Assembly: GCA_964407355.1 (NCBI GenBank)
Contig: CAYOVM010000007.1
Location: forward strand, 1-40,894
Length of the DNA: 40,894 nt
From: an uncultured Enterobacteriaceae bacterium
GTDB taxonomy: Bacteria; Pseudomonadota; Gammaproteobacteria; Burkholderiales; SG8-39
Reading direction: 5' to 3'
Below, piece by piece: positions 8,687 to 17,862 of this stretch. Position 1 is the first letter of the stretch, and every line of letters starts with the position of its first letter. The notes below the pieces were generated by a model that saw only the letters and a program-made list of their open reading frames with translations, did no database searches and was not told the DNA's origin. The translations under genes were made by a program, and so were the position numbers.

Positions 8687-8738
8687 ACCGATGCGTCCTT
8701 TCCCGATCGCGCAAAGACCCGGATGATACTGCAGGAGC

Positions 8739-10952
8739 TCAGCGCGCGGCTTCCAGTTCGCGTTTCGCCGGTAATCCGGCCATCCAGGGGAGGCAGTCGG
8801 CCGCCGGCATCGGCCGGCCGAGGTAGTAGCCCTGCGCGGCGTCGCAGCCCAGGCCTTTCAGCCGGTCGCACACCTCCTCGCTGGCCACGCCTTCGGCGAC
8901 GACCTCCATGCCGAGGTTGTGCGCGAGATGGATGATGGCGCGCACGATCATCGCGTTGCTTTCGTTGCTCGCCATGTCGTGGACGAAGGTCTGGTCGATC
9001 TTGAGCGTCTCCGCCTTGAACTCGCGCAGGTAGGCGAGCGACGAGTAGCCGGTGCCGAAGTCGTCGATGCTCAGGCGCACGCCGCGCGCGCGCAGCGCCC
9101 CCAGGCGCTTCAGGATCAGGCGCGGGTTCTCCATCAGGGCGGTCTCGGTGAGCTCCAGCTCGAGCCAGGCGCCCGGCGCCACGGTCTCATCGAGCAGCTC
9201 GAGCACGTGCACGAGGAAATCCGGGTCGCGCAGCGTCACGGGCGAGAGGTTGACCGCGATCGGAATCTCGAGCCCCAGCTCGCGCCAGCGCGCCCATTGG
9301 CGCGCGGCGGCGTGCAGCACCCACAGCGTAAGCGACTTGATCTCGCCGTGGCGCTCGGCGTGCGCGAGGAAGGCGCTCGGCAGGATCAGGCCGCGGGTCG
9401 GGTGGCGCCAGCGCACCAGGGCTTCCATCCCGATCAGTCGCCGATCGTGCAGATGCAGCTTCGGCTGATAGTAGAGGAGCAGCTCGTCGCGCTCGAGGGC
9501 GCGGTGCAGGTCGCCGATGAGCGTCAGTCGCTCGCGGCTGTGCGGATCGTTCTCGGGCAGGTAGCACGCGTAGCCGCTGTGGCCGCGCTTCGCGTCGTAC
9601 ATGGCCACGTCGGCGTGGCGCAGCAGCTCTTCCGCGGTCTGCCCGTGCTGCGGGTAGCGCGCGATGCCGATCGCGGCGTTGATTTGCGTGTCGACGCCGT
9701 CGACCCGGACCGGCGCCACCAGCGCGTCCACGATGCTGCGCGCGACGCTCTCGGCCCGCGCTTCGCCGGCGCCGGGCAGGACGACCGCGAACTCGTCGCC
9801 TCCCAGGCGGGCCAGCGTGTCGGTGTCGCCGATGCAGTCGCGCAGGCGCGGGCCGATCTGCTTCAGCAACGCATCGCCCGCGCTGTGTCCGAGGGCGTCG
9901 TTGATCTCCTTGAAGTGGTCCAGGTCGAGGACGAGCAGCGCGCAGCCGGCGCCGGTGCGTTCCGCGGCCAGGATCGCCTGCCCGAGCCGGTCGGACAGGA
10001 GGTAACGGTTGGGCAGGCCCGTGAGGGCGTCGTGCAGCGCCTGGCGCTCGAGCAGGAGCTCGGCCGTCTTGCTCGCCGTGATGTCGCGCTGGATTCCGCG
10101 AAAGCCCGTCGGCCGGCCGGTCTTGTCGCGCATCAGCTGGGCCGAGGTCGATACCGTGCCGCGGGAGCCGTCCTTGCGCACGATTTCCACTTCGATGTCG
10201 TGCAGCGGCTCGCCGCTGCGGTACACGCGGTTGAAGGCCTGCAGCACCTTCTTGCCGGCTTGCTCGTCGTGGAAGCGGGTGTGGCTCGCGCCGAGCATGT
10301 CGGCCGCGGGCCAGCCGAGGACGCGCGCGAGCGCCGGGTTGAAGAAGGTCAGGTTGCCGGCCAGGTCCACCTCGTAATAGCCCTCGTCCATCTGCGTGAG
10401 AATGTTGCGGTACTTCTCCTCGCTTTCCTGCAGCGCGCGGGCCTGGTCGCGGCGTTCCAGCAGCAAATGCAGCGCCGTGGCGAGCGAGCCGCCGATGGCG
10501 AGCATCAGCATCAGCAGCCGATGGCGAAGCGAGGCGTTGGCCTCGTGCACGTTCGTCACGTCGCGCGTCAGGCTCAGGACTGCGCGGCCGCGGTAGGAAT
10601 ACTCGATGGGCAGGGACAGGGTCAGCGCCTGGAGGGGCGGGGCGCTGCGGCGATAGGCGCCGAGCACGGCGCCGTTTTCCCCGACGACGCGCAAGTCCGC
10701 CAGGCCGATATTGGCCCTGCCGACGTCCTGCAGGAGGGGCTCTATGCTCTGGTACTGGCTGCGCCGCAGGGCGTCGCCGACGAGGCCGCCGACCAGCTCC
10801 AGGTCGCGCTGGCTCGCCGCCTGCGCGTCGCTAAGGTCATCGCGCAATTCCCGCTGCGCCAAAGTCGCGGCGACGAGAAACAACGCACCCACGAACAGGC
10901 CATAGCACAGCCAGGCGCGCGGCCGGGATCTCAGGAGCCAAAGCGTCGACAA
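8739..10952 (-). CDS. Membrane-anchored PAS-GGDEF-EAL c-di-GMP turnover protein
   Basis: 737 aa with two TM segments flanking a ~110-aa periplasmic region. PAS domain present (EEKYRNILTQMDEGYYEVD...). GGDEF intact (ARLGGDEFAVVL). EAL blocks present: EALVRW, ELELTE, DDFGTGYSSLAYL, KIDQTF, QGYYLG. Confidence 0.9.
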   Translation of the reverse strand: MSTLWLLRSRPRAWLCYGLFVGALFLVAATLAQRELRDDLSDAQAASQRDLELVGGLVGDALRRSQYQSIEPLLQDVGRANIGLADLRVVGENGAVLGAYRRSAPPLQALTLSLPIEYSYRGRAVLSLTRDVTNVHEANASLRHRLLMLMLAIGGSLATALHLLLERRDQARALQESEEKYRNILTQMDEGYYEVDLAGNLTFFNPALARVLGWPAADMLGASHTRFHDEQAGKKVLQAFNRVYRSGEPLHDIEVEIVRKDGSRGTVSTSAQLMRDKTGRPTGFRGIQRDITASKTAELLLERQALHDALTGLPNRYLLSDRLGQAILAAERTGAGCALLVLDLDHFKEINDALGHSAGDALLKQIGPRLRDCIGDTDTLARLGGDEFAVVLPGAGEARAESVARSIVDALVAPVRVDGVDTQINAAIGIARYPQHGQTAEELLRHADVAMYDAKRGHSGYACYLPENDPHSRERLTLIGDLHRALERDELLLYYQPKLHLHDRRLIGMEALVRWRHPTRGLILPSAFLAHAERHGEIKSLTLWVLHAAARQWARWRELGLEIPIAVNLSPVTLRDPDFLVHVLELLDETVAPGAWLELELTETALMENPRLILKRLGALRARGVRLSIDDFGTGYSSLAYLREFKAETLKIDQTFVHDMASNESNAMIVRAIIHLAHNLGMEVVAEGVASEEVCDRLKGLGCDAAQGYYLGRPMPAADCLPWMAGLPAKRELEAAR

Positions 10953-10957
10953 GGCGT

Positions 10958-11806
10958 TCAGCCGCGCTCCCCCACGAGCGTCCGGTCCAGCTCGCGCAAG
11001 CTGTCGTAATCGGCGTCGGTCACCGGCACCATCGCGGTCATTTCCTTGTCGATGGCCCGCAGGATCGCCGCGCCGCCGGCGGCGCTCTTCAATCCAAGCA
11101 GCGCCTGGCGCAGGGACGCGACCTGCTCGGCGGGCAAGTCGGCGCGCGCGACGAACAGGTGCTCGGAGGCCTCCGGCAGCTTCACCAGCACGCGCAGGCC
11201 GCGCGCTTGCAGCTCGTCGTAGACTTCCTTTCTCACCGCGCCGGCATCGTAATCGCCGCTGAGCACCGCGAGCGCGACGTTCCGGTGGCTGCCCAGATAC
11301 TGGTGGTCGCCGAGGCTTTCAAGCCCCACGCCCGCCCGTCGAAGCGCTTGGCGCGCCACGATCGCGCCCATGGTGGAATTCGCGTCGCCGAACGCGAAGC
11401 GCTTGCCGCGCAGATCGGCGAGCCTGTGCAGCGGGCTGTCGGCGCGCACGGCGATATACCCCGTCACCGTCGGCTTGCCGTTGATCTCGATGCGCGCGAG
11501 GAGCGGCTTTGCGCCGTGGCGCGCGACCATCTTCACGTAGGACGCGGGTCCGAGGTAGGCGATATCGATGGTGTCGCGGCCGATGGCCTCGATGTGCTGG
11601 TCGTAGTCGCGGCCGACGCGCACCTGCACCCGCCGGCCCAATTGCCGGTCCAGATAATCGGCGAGCGGCGCGAAGCGCGCCGCGATTTCCGCCGGCCGCA
11701 AATAAGGATGCACCCCGAGGATCAGCGGGTCCGCCGCGGCCGTACCCGTCGTCCCGAGGCTCAGCACGAACGCCGCGATCGTCACGGATAGGGTTCTCGG
11801 GGGCAC
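10958..11806 (-). CDS. PhnD-like (phosphonate-binding family) periplasmic substrate-binding protein
   Basis: 282 aa with a signal peptide. Motifs: LILGVHPYLRPAEIAARFAPLADYL...DIAYLGPASYV...FAFGDANSTMG. Its stop lies 5 nt before the GGDEF-EAL start. Confidence 0.8.
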   Translation of the reverse strand: MPPRTLSVTIAAFVLSLGTTGTAAADPLILGVHPYLRPAEIAARFAPLADYLDRQLGRRVQVRVGRDYDQHIEAIGRDTIDIAYLGPASYVKMVARHGAKPLLARIEINGKPTVTGYIAVRADSPLHRLADLRGKRFAFGDANSTMGAIVARQALRRAGVGLESLGDHQYLGSHRNVALAVLSGDYDAGAVRKEVYDELQARGLRVLVKLPEASEHLFVARADLPAEQVASLRQALLGLKSAAGGAAILRAIDKEMTAMVPVTDADYDSLRELDRTLVGERG

Positions 11807-11893
11807 GCGCGCCTCTTCTGGCCTCGAAGCAGGCCGCCACTATGCGCTTACCGGAGAGGTGATTGGATTACTTGATAAATTATTACAATCCCT

Positions 11894-12859
11894 TCACTCC
11901 GCTTTCGCGCCGGACTCCCTGATCACCTTCGCCCACTTGATGCGCTCGGCCTTGATGTAGGCGCCGAACTGCTCGGGCGTGCCGGGCGCCGGATCGAGCC
12001 CCTGGTTGAAGAGCGTCGCCTTGACCTCCGGCATGGCGAGCGCCTTCCTCGTCGCGGCGTTGAGCTGGTCGATGATCGCGCGCGGCGTCCCGGCCGGGAC
12101 CACGATGCCGTACCAGTTGTTCGCGTCGAAGCCGGGCAACCCCGCCTCCGAGATCGTCGGCAGCTCGGGCATCAGAGCGGAGCGCTTCGCCGTCGTGACC
12201 GCGATGCCCTTGACGCGTCCGGCCCTGATCTGCGGGATGGCGCTCGCGGTCGTGGCGAAGATGAGGTGGATCTGGCCGCCGACCAGGTCGCCCATCGCGG
12301 GCCCGCCGCCCTTGTACGGCACGTGCACGAGCTTCGTGCCCGCCATCAGGTTGAACAGCTCGATCGCGAGGTGTCCCGTCGCGCCGATGCCGGAAGAGCC
12401 CGCCGAGAGCGATTTCTGCTTCGCGAGCGCGATGAGCTCCTTCACCGAGCCCGCCGGCACCGACGGATGCAGCGTGAGCACGTTGGTCGCGTCCACCACC
12501 TGGATGACCGGCGCGAGGTCGGTCTCGGGATCGAACTTCAGGTTGCCGTAGAGGCTCGGGTTGATCGCGAGCGCGGCGATGGTGCCCATCAGGACGGTGT
12601 AGCCGTCGGGCGCCGCCCTCACCACCTGCTCGGTGGCGATGTTGCCGGCGGCGCCCGGCTTGTTCTCGACGACCACCTGCTGGCCGAGCAGCTCGGAGAG
12701 CTTCTGCGCCACCGGGCGCGCCGTGAGGTCGGTGCCGCCGCCGGGCGCAAAACCGACGATCATGCGGATCGGCCTGGTGGGGTAGGGATCGGCGGCAAAC
12801 GCAGCGCCGAACGCGAGCGCCGCGACGATGCCGGCGACGAAACGATTTTCAGGACGCAT
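11894..12859 (-). CDS. Bug/TctC-family substrate-binding protein
   Basis: 321 aa. Motifs: YPTRPIRMIVGFAPGGGTDLTAR...ENKPGAAGNIA...APDGYTVLMG. Overlaps the PdxA-family gene by 11 nt. Confidence 0.9.
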   Translation of the reverse strand: MRPENRFVAGIVAALAFGAAFAADPYPTRPIRMIVGFAPGGGTDLTARPVAQKLSELLGQQVVVENKPGAAGNIATEQVVRAAPDGYTVLMGTIAALAINPSLYGNLKFDPETDLAPVIQVVDATNVLTLHPSVPAGSVKELIALAKQKSLSAGSSGIGATGHLAIELFNLMAGTKLVHVPYKGGGPAMGDLVGGQIHLIFATTASAIPQIRAGRVKGIAVTTAKRSALMPELPTISEAGLPGFDANNWYGIVVPAGTPRAIIDQLNAATRKALAMPEVKATLFNQGLDPAPGTPEQFGAYIKAERIKWAKVIRESGAKAE

Positions 12860-13868
12860 GGCTCCTCCTTGCCGCTCCGAGCTTCGCCGCCATCCGGAAG
12901 GCGGCGGTCATCGCGCCGGGATCGGCGCGGCCCTTGCCGACGATGTCGAACGCGGTGCCGTGCGCCGGCGTCGCATAGACGGTCGGCATTCCCGCCGTCA
13001 CCGTCACGCCTTTCTGGAAGCCGAGCAGCTTGGTCGCGATCTGGCCCTGGTCGTGGTACATGATCACCACCGCGTCGAAATTCCCCGCGCGGGCGCGCAG
13101 GAAGATCGTGTCGGAGGGCAGGGGACCCGAGCAATCGATGCCGGCCGCGCGCGCCTTCTCCACGGTCGGGCGAATGATGCGGATCTCCTCGTCGCCGAAG
13201 AGCCCGTTCTCGCCGCCGTGCGGATTGAGCGCCGCCACGCCGATGCGCGGCGCCGCGACTCCGGCCGCCTGCATGGTGCGATGCGCGAGGCGGATCGCCT
13301 CCTCGATGCGCTCCGGCGTGACGAGGTCGAGCGCCTTGCGCAGGCTGAGGTGCGAGGTGACGCGGAACGTGGAGAACTCCGGGATCACGTTCATCTCGCT
13401 GTAATAGCCGCGGTGCCGCGTCCAGGCGGCGAACATCTGGTGCTCGTCGTGATAGCTCCAGCCGCCGCGGTGCAGCGCCGATTTGTTGAGCGGCGCGAAG
13501 CACACGGCGTCGAGCTTGCCGGCGAGCGCGAGCTCGGTCATCGTCTTCAGCGTCTCCCCCGCGATGCGCCCGGCTTCGGGCGAGACCTCGGCGCGCGGGA
13601 AACGCGCCGGATCCAGGTTGGCGAGATCGAGCAGCGGAAAGCCCTCGCGCGCCCAGTCGATCGCCTCGAGCGAGGCGACGGCATGGGTCCGGATCGCCGC
13701 GCCGGACTCGCGGCAGCCCAGCGCGAGGTGGCGCGCGTCGCCGATCAGCACGGTGCGCGCGATCGCCTTCAGCTCCGGCGCGGCGAGCATCCTGGTCGCG
13801 ATCTCGGCGCCGATGCCCGTGACGTCGCCGAGCATGAGCCCGACGATCGGGCGCGTGTCGGCGCTCAT
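12849..13868 (-). CDS. PdxA-family NAD-dependent 4-hydroxy/4-phospho-acid dehydrogenase (PdxA2-like)
   Basis: 339 aa. Motifs: GDVTGIGAEI, LNPHGGENGLFGDEE, MYHDQGQIATK, PAHGTAFDIVGKG. Confidence 0.85.
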   Translation of the reverse strand: MSADTRPIVGLMLGDVTGIGAEIATRMLAAPELKAIARTVLIGDARHLALGCRESGAAIRTHAVASLEAIDWAREGFPLLDLANLDPARFPRAEVSPEAGRIAGETLKTMTELALAGKLDAVCFAPLNKSALHRGGWSYHDEHQMFAAWTRHRGYYSEMNVIPEFSTFRVTSHLSLRKALDLVTPERIEEAIRLAHRTMQAAGVAAPRIGVAALNPHGGENGLFGDEEIRIIRPTVEKARAAGIDCSGPLPSDTIFLRARAGNFDAVVIMYHDQGQIATKLLGFQKGVTVTAGMPTVYATPAHGTAFDIVGKGRADPGAMTAAFRMAAKLGAARRSHAS

Positions 13869-13875
13869 GGGCGGC

Positions 13876-14622
13876 TCAGCCGCGTCCGACGAACGGCATT
13901 TTCGTCGCCATGATGGTCATGAACTGCACGTTGACGTCGAGCGGCAGGTTAGCCATGTGAAGCACCGCGTTGCCCACGTGCGCGACGTCCATCAGCGGCT
14001 CGGGCTTGACCGAGCCGTCGGCCTGGGGCACGCCTTTCGCCATGCGCGCGGCGAGCTCGGTGAGGGCGTTGCCGATGTCGATCTGGCTCGCGGCGATGTC
14101 GTTCTTGCGCCCGTCGAGCGAGATGCATTTGGTGAGGCCGGTCACCGCGTGCTTGGTCGCCGTGTACGCGACCGACATCGGGCGCGGCGCGTGCGCCGAG
14201 ATCGAGCCGTTGTTGATGATGCGACCGCCCCGGGGGTCCTGCGCCTTCATGATGCGGATCGCCTCCTGGGTGCAGTAGAACATCGCGTTCAGGTTGATGT
14301 CGACGACCGCCTTCCAGGTCTCGAGGGGCAGGTCTTCCATCGGCACGGCCGGCGCGCCCATGCCGGCGTTGTTGAAGAGCACATCGAGCCGTCCCCAGCG
14401 TTTCTTGGTTTCCGCGAAGATTCTTTTTACTTCCTCGGGCTTGGTGATATCGCCGGCGAGCGCCAGCGCGCGATCCCCGGCGCCCGACTCGGCGGCGGTC
14501 TTGTCGAGCATCTCTTTTCTGCGTCCGACCAGGGCGACGGCGAAGCCGTCCTTCAGCAGCGCGAGCGCGGCCGACTTGCCGATGCCGGTGCCGGCGCCGG
14601 TGACGAGGGCGACCTTTTGCAT
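13876..14622 (-). CDS. Short-chain dehydrogenase/reductase (SDR)
   Basis: 248 aa. Motifs: [13 protein letters not shown], catalytic YTATK. A GAGAGG SD lies upstream of the ATG. Confidence 0.9.
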   Translation of the reverse strand: MQKVALVTGAGTGIGKSAALALLKDGFAVALVGRRKEMLDKTAAESGAGDRALALAGDITKPEEVKRIFAETKKRWGRLDVLFNNAGMGAPAVPMEDLPLETWKAVVDINLNAMFYCTQEAIRIMKAQDPRGGRIINNGSISAHAPRPMSVAYTATKHAVTGLTKCISLDGRKNDIAASQIDIGNALTELAARMAKGVPQADGSVKPEPLMDVAHVGNAVLHMANLPLDVNVQFMTIMATKMPFVGRG

Positions 14623-14751
14623 CTCGAAACCTCTCTTTTTCGGGGGGGCGAGGATGTTATCTTACGAGCTATGAATAAAGGTCGGCAAAAAGATCAGCCG
14701 CAGTCGCGCGAGCCGTCTCGAAAGCCGTCCCGCAAGCCGTCGTCTCAGAAC

Positions 14752-15945
14752 ATGTCGCTGCTCGCTCATCACACGCTGAACGGCCACGGCGGGATGGGCG
14801 AGGGCATGGCGATGCAGCTCGCAAAGGACGGGCGGCGCATCCTCTGGCTCGCGCACGAAAGCGCGCCGAAGAACTTCACCGCGGTGGACGTGACCGAGCC
14901 GCGCCGCCCGAAGGTGGTCACGCAGACCGACCTGCCGCACGCGCAGATGCGCTCCAACTCGCTCGAGGTGTCGGGCGACCTGATGGCGGTCGCCTACCAG
15001 GTGTCGCAGCTCGGGCTGAAGCCCGCCGGGTTCGAGCTGTTCGACATCAGCGTGCCGGAGCGGCCGCGCTCGGTTTCGACGTTCGATGCATCGGGACCGC
15101 ATTCGCGCGGCTGCCACGCGCTCTGGTTCGTCGACGGTGAAACGGTGCACATGGCCTGCGCCGACCCGGACCTGAAGCCGCGCAACCCCAAGGACGACCA
15201 GATCTATCGCATCGTCGACGTGCGCAATCCGTCGAAGCCGGCCGCGGTGGGGGGCTGGCACCTGCCCGGCACGATGCAGAGCGACAGCGAGCCGCCGCCG
15301 GAGCGCCTGCAGCCCAAGTTCGATTTCGGCTTTCGCGCGCACAACACCAACGTCTATCCGCAGCGCCCCGACCGCTGCTATCTCGGCTACCTCGACGGCG
15401 GCATCATGGTGATGGACATCGCCGACCGCACGCGCCCGAAGCTCGTCTCCCGCTGGCGCAACGCGCCGCCCTACAACGGCTTCAGCCATACCGTGCTGCC
15501 GCTTTTCGAGCGGGATCTGCTGGTGGTCACCGAGGAATCGATCATGGACGACGGCGCGGACTGGCCGAAGCTCGTCTGGATGCTCGACGTGCGCGACGAG
15601 CGCCATCCGGTGAGCATCGCCACCATGCCCGCGCCCGGCGTGAAGCAGTTCCTGCACAGCGGCGGGCGCTGCGGCGCCCACAACCTGCACGAGAACCCGC
15701 CGGGAAAGGGTGCCTGGCGCTCCAACGACATCGTGCTCGGCACGTTCTTCAACGCCGGCGTGCGGGTCTACGACGTGCGCAATGCGTACGAGCCGAGCGA
15801 GGTGGCCTGGTACGTGCCGCCCGCGCCGGCCGGCGCGCCCCTCGGCACGGTGCAGATCAACGACGTCTTCGTCGACGATCGCGGCGTCGTGTTCGCCGTC
15901 GACCGCCACGCAGGCGGCCTTTACGTTCTGGAGATGAATCTGTGA
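14752..15945 (+). CDS. LVIVD-repeat / beta-propeller-like protein (COG5276-like)
   Basis: Repeated units of the type xxVDVxxPxxPxxV: AVDVTEPRRPKVV, LFDISVPERPRSV, IVDVRNPSKPAAV, VMDIADRTRPKLV, MLDVRDERHPVSI, VYDVRNAYEPSEV. Start uncertain. ATG 14671 adds a Lys/Arg/Ser-rich 27 aa encoded by atypical A/T-ending codons, so I prefer 14752. Confidence 0.6.
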   Translation: MSLLAHHTLNGHGGMGEGMAMQLAKDGRRILWLAHESAPKNFTAVDVTEPRRPKVVTQTDLPHAQMRSNSLEVSGDLMAVAYQVSQLGLKPAGFELFDISVPERPRSVSTFDASGPHSRGCHALWFVDGETVHMACADPDLKPRNPKDDQIYRIVDVRNPSKPAAVGGWHLPGTMQSDSEPPPERLQPKFDFGFRAHNTNVYPQRPDRCYLGYLDGGIMVMDIADRTRPKLVSRWRNAPPYNGFSHTVLPLFERDLLVVTEESIMDDGADWPKLVWMLDVRDERHPVSIATMPAPGVKQFLHSGGRCGAHNLHENPPGKGAWRSNDIVLGTFFNAGVRVYDVRNAYEPSEVAWYVPPAPAGAPLGTVQINDVFVDDRGVVFAVDRHAGGLYVLEMNL

Positions 15946-16901
15946 AATTCACATTCGTATTTCTCGCGAGCTTATGGTTCGGAAGCGCGTTCGGACAGTC
16001 CGACTATCCGAATAAACCTGTCCGCCTGGTCGTCGGCTTCGCGGCGGGCGGAATCTCGGACGTCCTGGCGCGCGCGATCGTGATCCCGGTGAGCAAGCAG
16101 ATGGGCCAGGCCGTGATCGTCGAGAACAAGCCCGGCGCCGGCACCACCATCGCGGGCGATTTCACGGTCAAGTCGCCGCCCGACGGCTACACGCTCTGGC
16201 TGCAGGACATCACCACGCACGCGATCAACAGCACGCTCTACCCCAAGCTGCCGTACGACTCGATGAAGGACTTCACCTTCGTCGCGATGGTCGCCTCGAC
16301 GCCGCTCATGCTCGTCGTGCACCCGAGCACGCCGGCGGGCAGCGTGAAAGAGCTGATCGCGCTTCTGAAGAGCGGCACCGGGAAGTATTCCTACGGCTCC
16401 TCCGGCAACGGCACGATCGTGCACCTCGCGGCGCAGATGCTGAAGTCCACGGCCGGCGTGGAGGCCCTGCACGTGCCCTACAAGGGCAGCAATCCGGCGA
16501 CCGCCGCGATCCTCGGCGGCGAGGTGACGTTCGTGTTCTCGACCATGCCGCCCGCGCTTTCCAGCACCAAGGCGGGCAAGCTGCGCCCGCTCGCGGTGAC
16601 GACGCCGAAGCGCTCGGGCGCCGCGCCCGAAGTCCCGACCATGATCGAGGCCGGCCTGCCGGGATTCGAGATCGTGCTTTACTCCGGCATCCTCGGGCCG
16701 AAAGGCATGGACCGCGCGCTCGTGCGGCGGATCAACGCCGAGTTCGCCAAGGCGGTGCGCGCGCCGGAGATGCAGCCGGTCTGGCAGAACATCGGCGCCG
16801 ACCCGATCGTGATGAGCCCCGAGGAATTCGAGACGGCCACCGCGCGCGAGATCGCGAAGCTCGCGCCGGTGGTGAAGGCTTCGGGGGCGAAGATCGAATG
16901 A
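15942..16901 (+). CDS. Bug/TctC-family substrate-binding protein
   Basis: 319 aa. The GTG start overlaps the upstream TGA (GTGA at 15942-15945). Motifs: YPNKPVRLVVGFAAGGISDVLAR...ENKPGAGTTIA...PPDGYTLWL. Confidence 0.9.
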   Translation: MKFTFVFLASLWFGSAFGQSDYPNKPVRLVVGFAAGGISDVLARAIVIPVSKQMGQAVIVENKPGAGTTIAGDFTVKSPPDGYTLWLQDITTHAINSTLYPKLPYDSMKDFTFVAMVASTPLMLVVHPSTPAGSVKELIALLKSGTGKYSYGSSGNGTIVHLAAQMLKSTAGVEALHVPYKGSNPATAAILGGEVTFVFSTMPPALSSTKAGKLRPLAVTTPKRSGAAPEVPTMIEAGLPGFEIVLYSGILGPKGMDRALVRRINAEFAKAVRAPEMQPVWQNIGADPIVMSPEEFETATAREIAKLAPVVKASGAKIE

Positions 16902-16947
16902 GTGCTGGGCCATGCCCCGCTTATCAGGGGGCCGGCAGAGCTGGCCG

Positions 16948-17862
16948 ATGAGCAAGCCGCTCCTTCCCCAGCACAGCCGCTACGACTTCGTTCCGCTGCC
17001 GGAGCGCAAGGACTACAGCTGGCCGGACGGCAAGCGCCTCGCCTTCTGCCTCACCACGAACGTCGAATGGTTCGCGTTCGGCGCGGGGCTCGGCCACGAC
17101 CCGGCGAAGACCGGCGAGCCGCAGACCCATCGCAACTATTCCTGGCGCGACTACGGCAACCGCATCGGCGTATGGCGGCTGCTCGAGCTTTTCGATGAGT
17201 TGAAGCTGCCGGCGGCCCACAACACCAACAGCCTGGTCTACGAGTACGCCCCGCAGGTGATGGCCGCGATCCGCAAGCGCGGCGACGAGGTCGTCGCGCA
17301 CGGGCGCACCAACGCCGAGAACCTGCGCGGCCTGTGGCAGCCCGACGAGGAGCGCATCCTGCGCGAGGTCACCGAGACCATCGCGCGCCACGAGGGCGCG
17401 CCGCCCGCCGGCTGGATGGGCTCGGGCGCCTACGAGACCGCGAATACGCCCGATCTCCTGAAGGAGCTCGGCTACCAGTACCTCATGGACTGGCCGATGG
17501 ACGACCAGCCGGTCTGGCTGCGCACGCGGGCCGGACCGCTGCTCTCGATTCCCTATCCGATCGAGCTGAACGATTCGCAGGCGATTGTGCACCGCAAGGG
17601 CGAGGCGGCGCAATTCTGCGACATGGTGGTCGACCAGTTCGAGGAGATGGTGGAGCAGTCCGCGCACCACCCCCTGGTCATGAACGTTTCGGTGCATACG
17701 TACGTCTTCGGCCAGCCTTTCCGGCTGCGCAGGCTGCGCGCAGCGTTGCGCCACTGCCTGCAGCACGCCCAAGCCCGCCGGGTATGGTGGACGCGCCCGC
17801 GCGACGTCGCCCGGTTCTGCCATTCGCTGCCGCCGGGCCTCATTCCCGGCGGCAGGCTGTAA
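16948..17862 (+). CDS. Polysaccharide deacetylase-family protein (PuuE/allantoinase-like subgroup)
   Basis: MSKPLLPQHSRYDFVPLPERKDYSWPDGKRLAFCLTTNVEWF...WRDYGNRIGVWRLLELFDELKLP...VAHGRTN. The alternative start at 16912 adds 12 aa. Confidence 0.75.
   Translation: MSKPLLPQHSRYDFVPLPERKDYSWPDGKRLAFCLTTNVEWFAFGAGLGHDPAKTGEPQTHRNYSWRDYGNRIGVWRLLELFDELKLPAAHNTNSLVYEYAPQVMAAIRKRGDEVVAHGRTNAENLRGLWQPDEERILREVTETIARHEGAPPAGWMGSGAYETANTPDLLKELGYQYLMDWPMDDQPVWLRTRAGPLLSIPYPIELNDSQAIVHRKGEAAQFCDMVVDQFEEMVEQSAHHPLVMNVSVHTYVFGQPFRLRRLRAALRHCLQHAQARRVWWTRPRDVARFCHSLPPGLIPGGRL

Noticed and set aside
1173-11009. Other long overlapping ORFs in the track: 1173-2738, 3217-4614, 4524-6029, 4621-6174, 6768-8714, 7382-8674 and 8919-11009.
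   Set aside because: All are alternative or antisense frames of genes with clear family signatures. Their products are Arg/Pro/Ala/Gly-rich with no motifs, so they are GC-driven artefacts.
13483-14751. N-terminal ~420 aa of the 820-aa plus ORF 13483-15945.
   Set aside because: This part is antisense to the well-supported PdxA-family and SDR genes and has no motifs. The propeller-like signature begins only after 14752.
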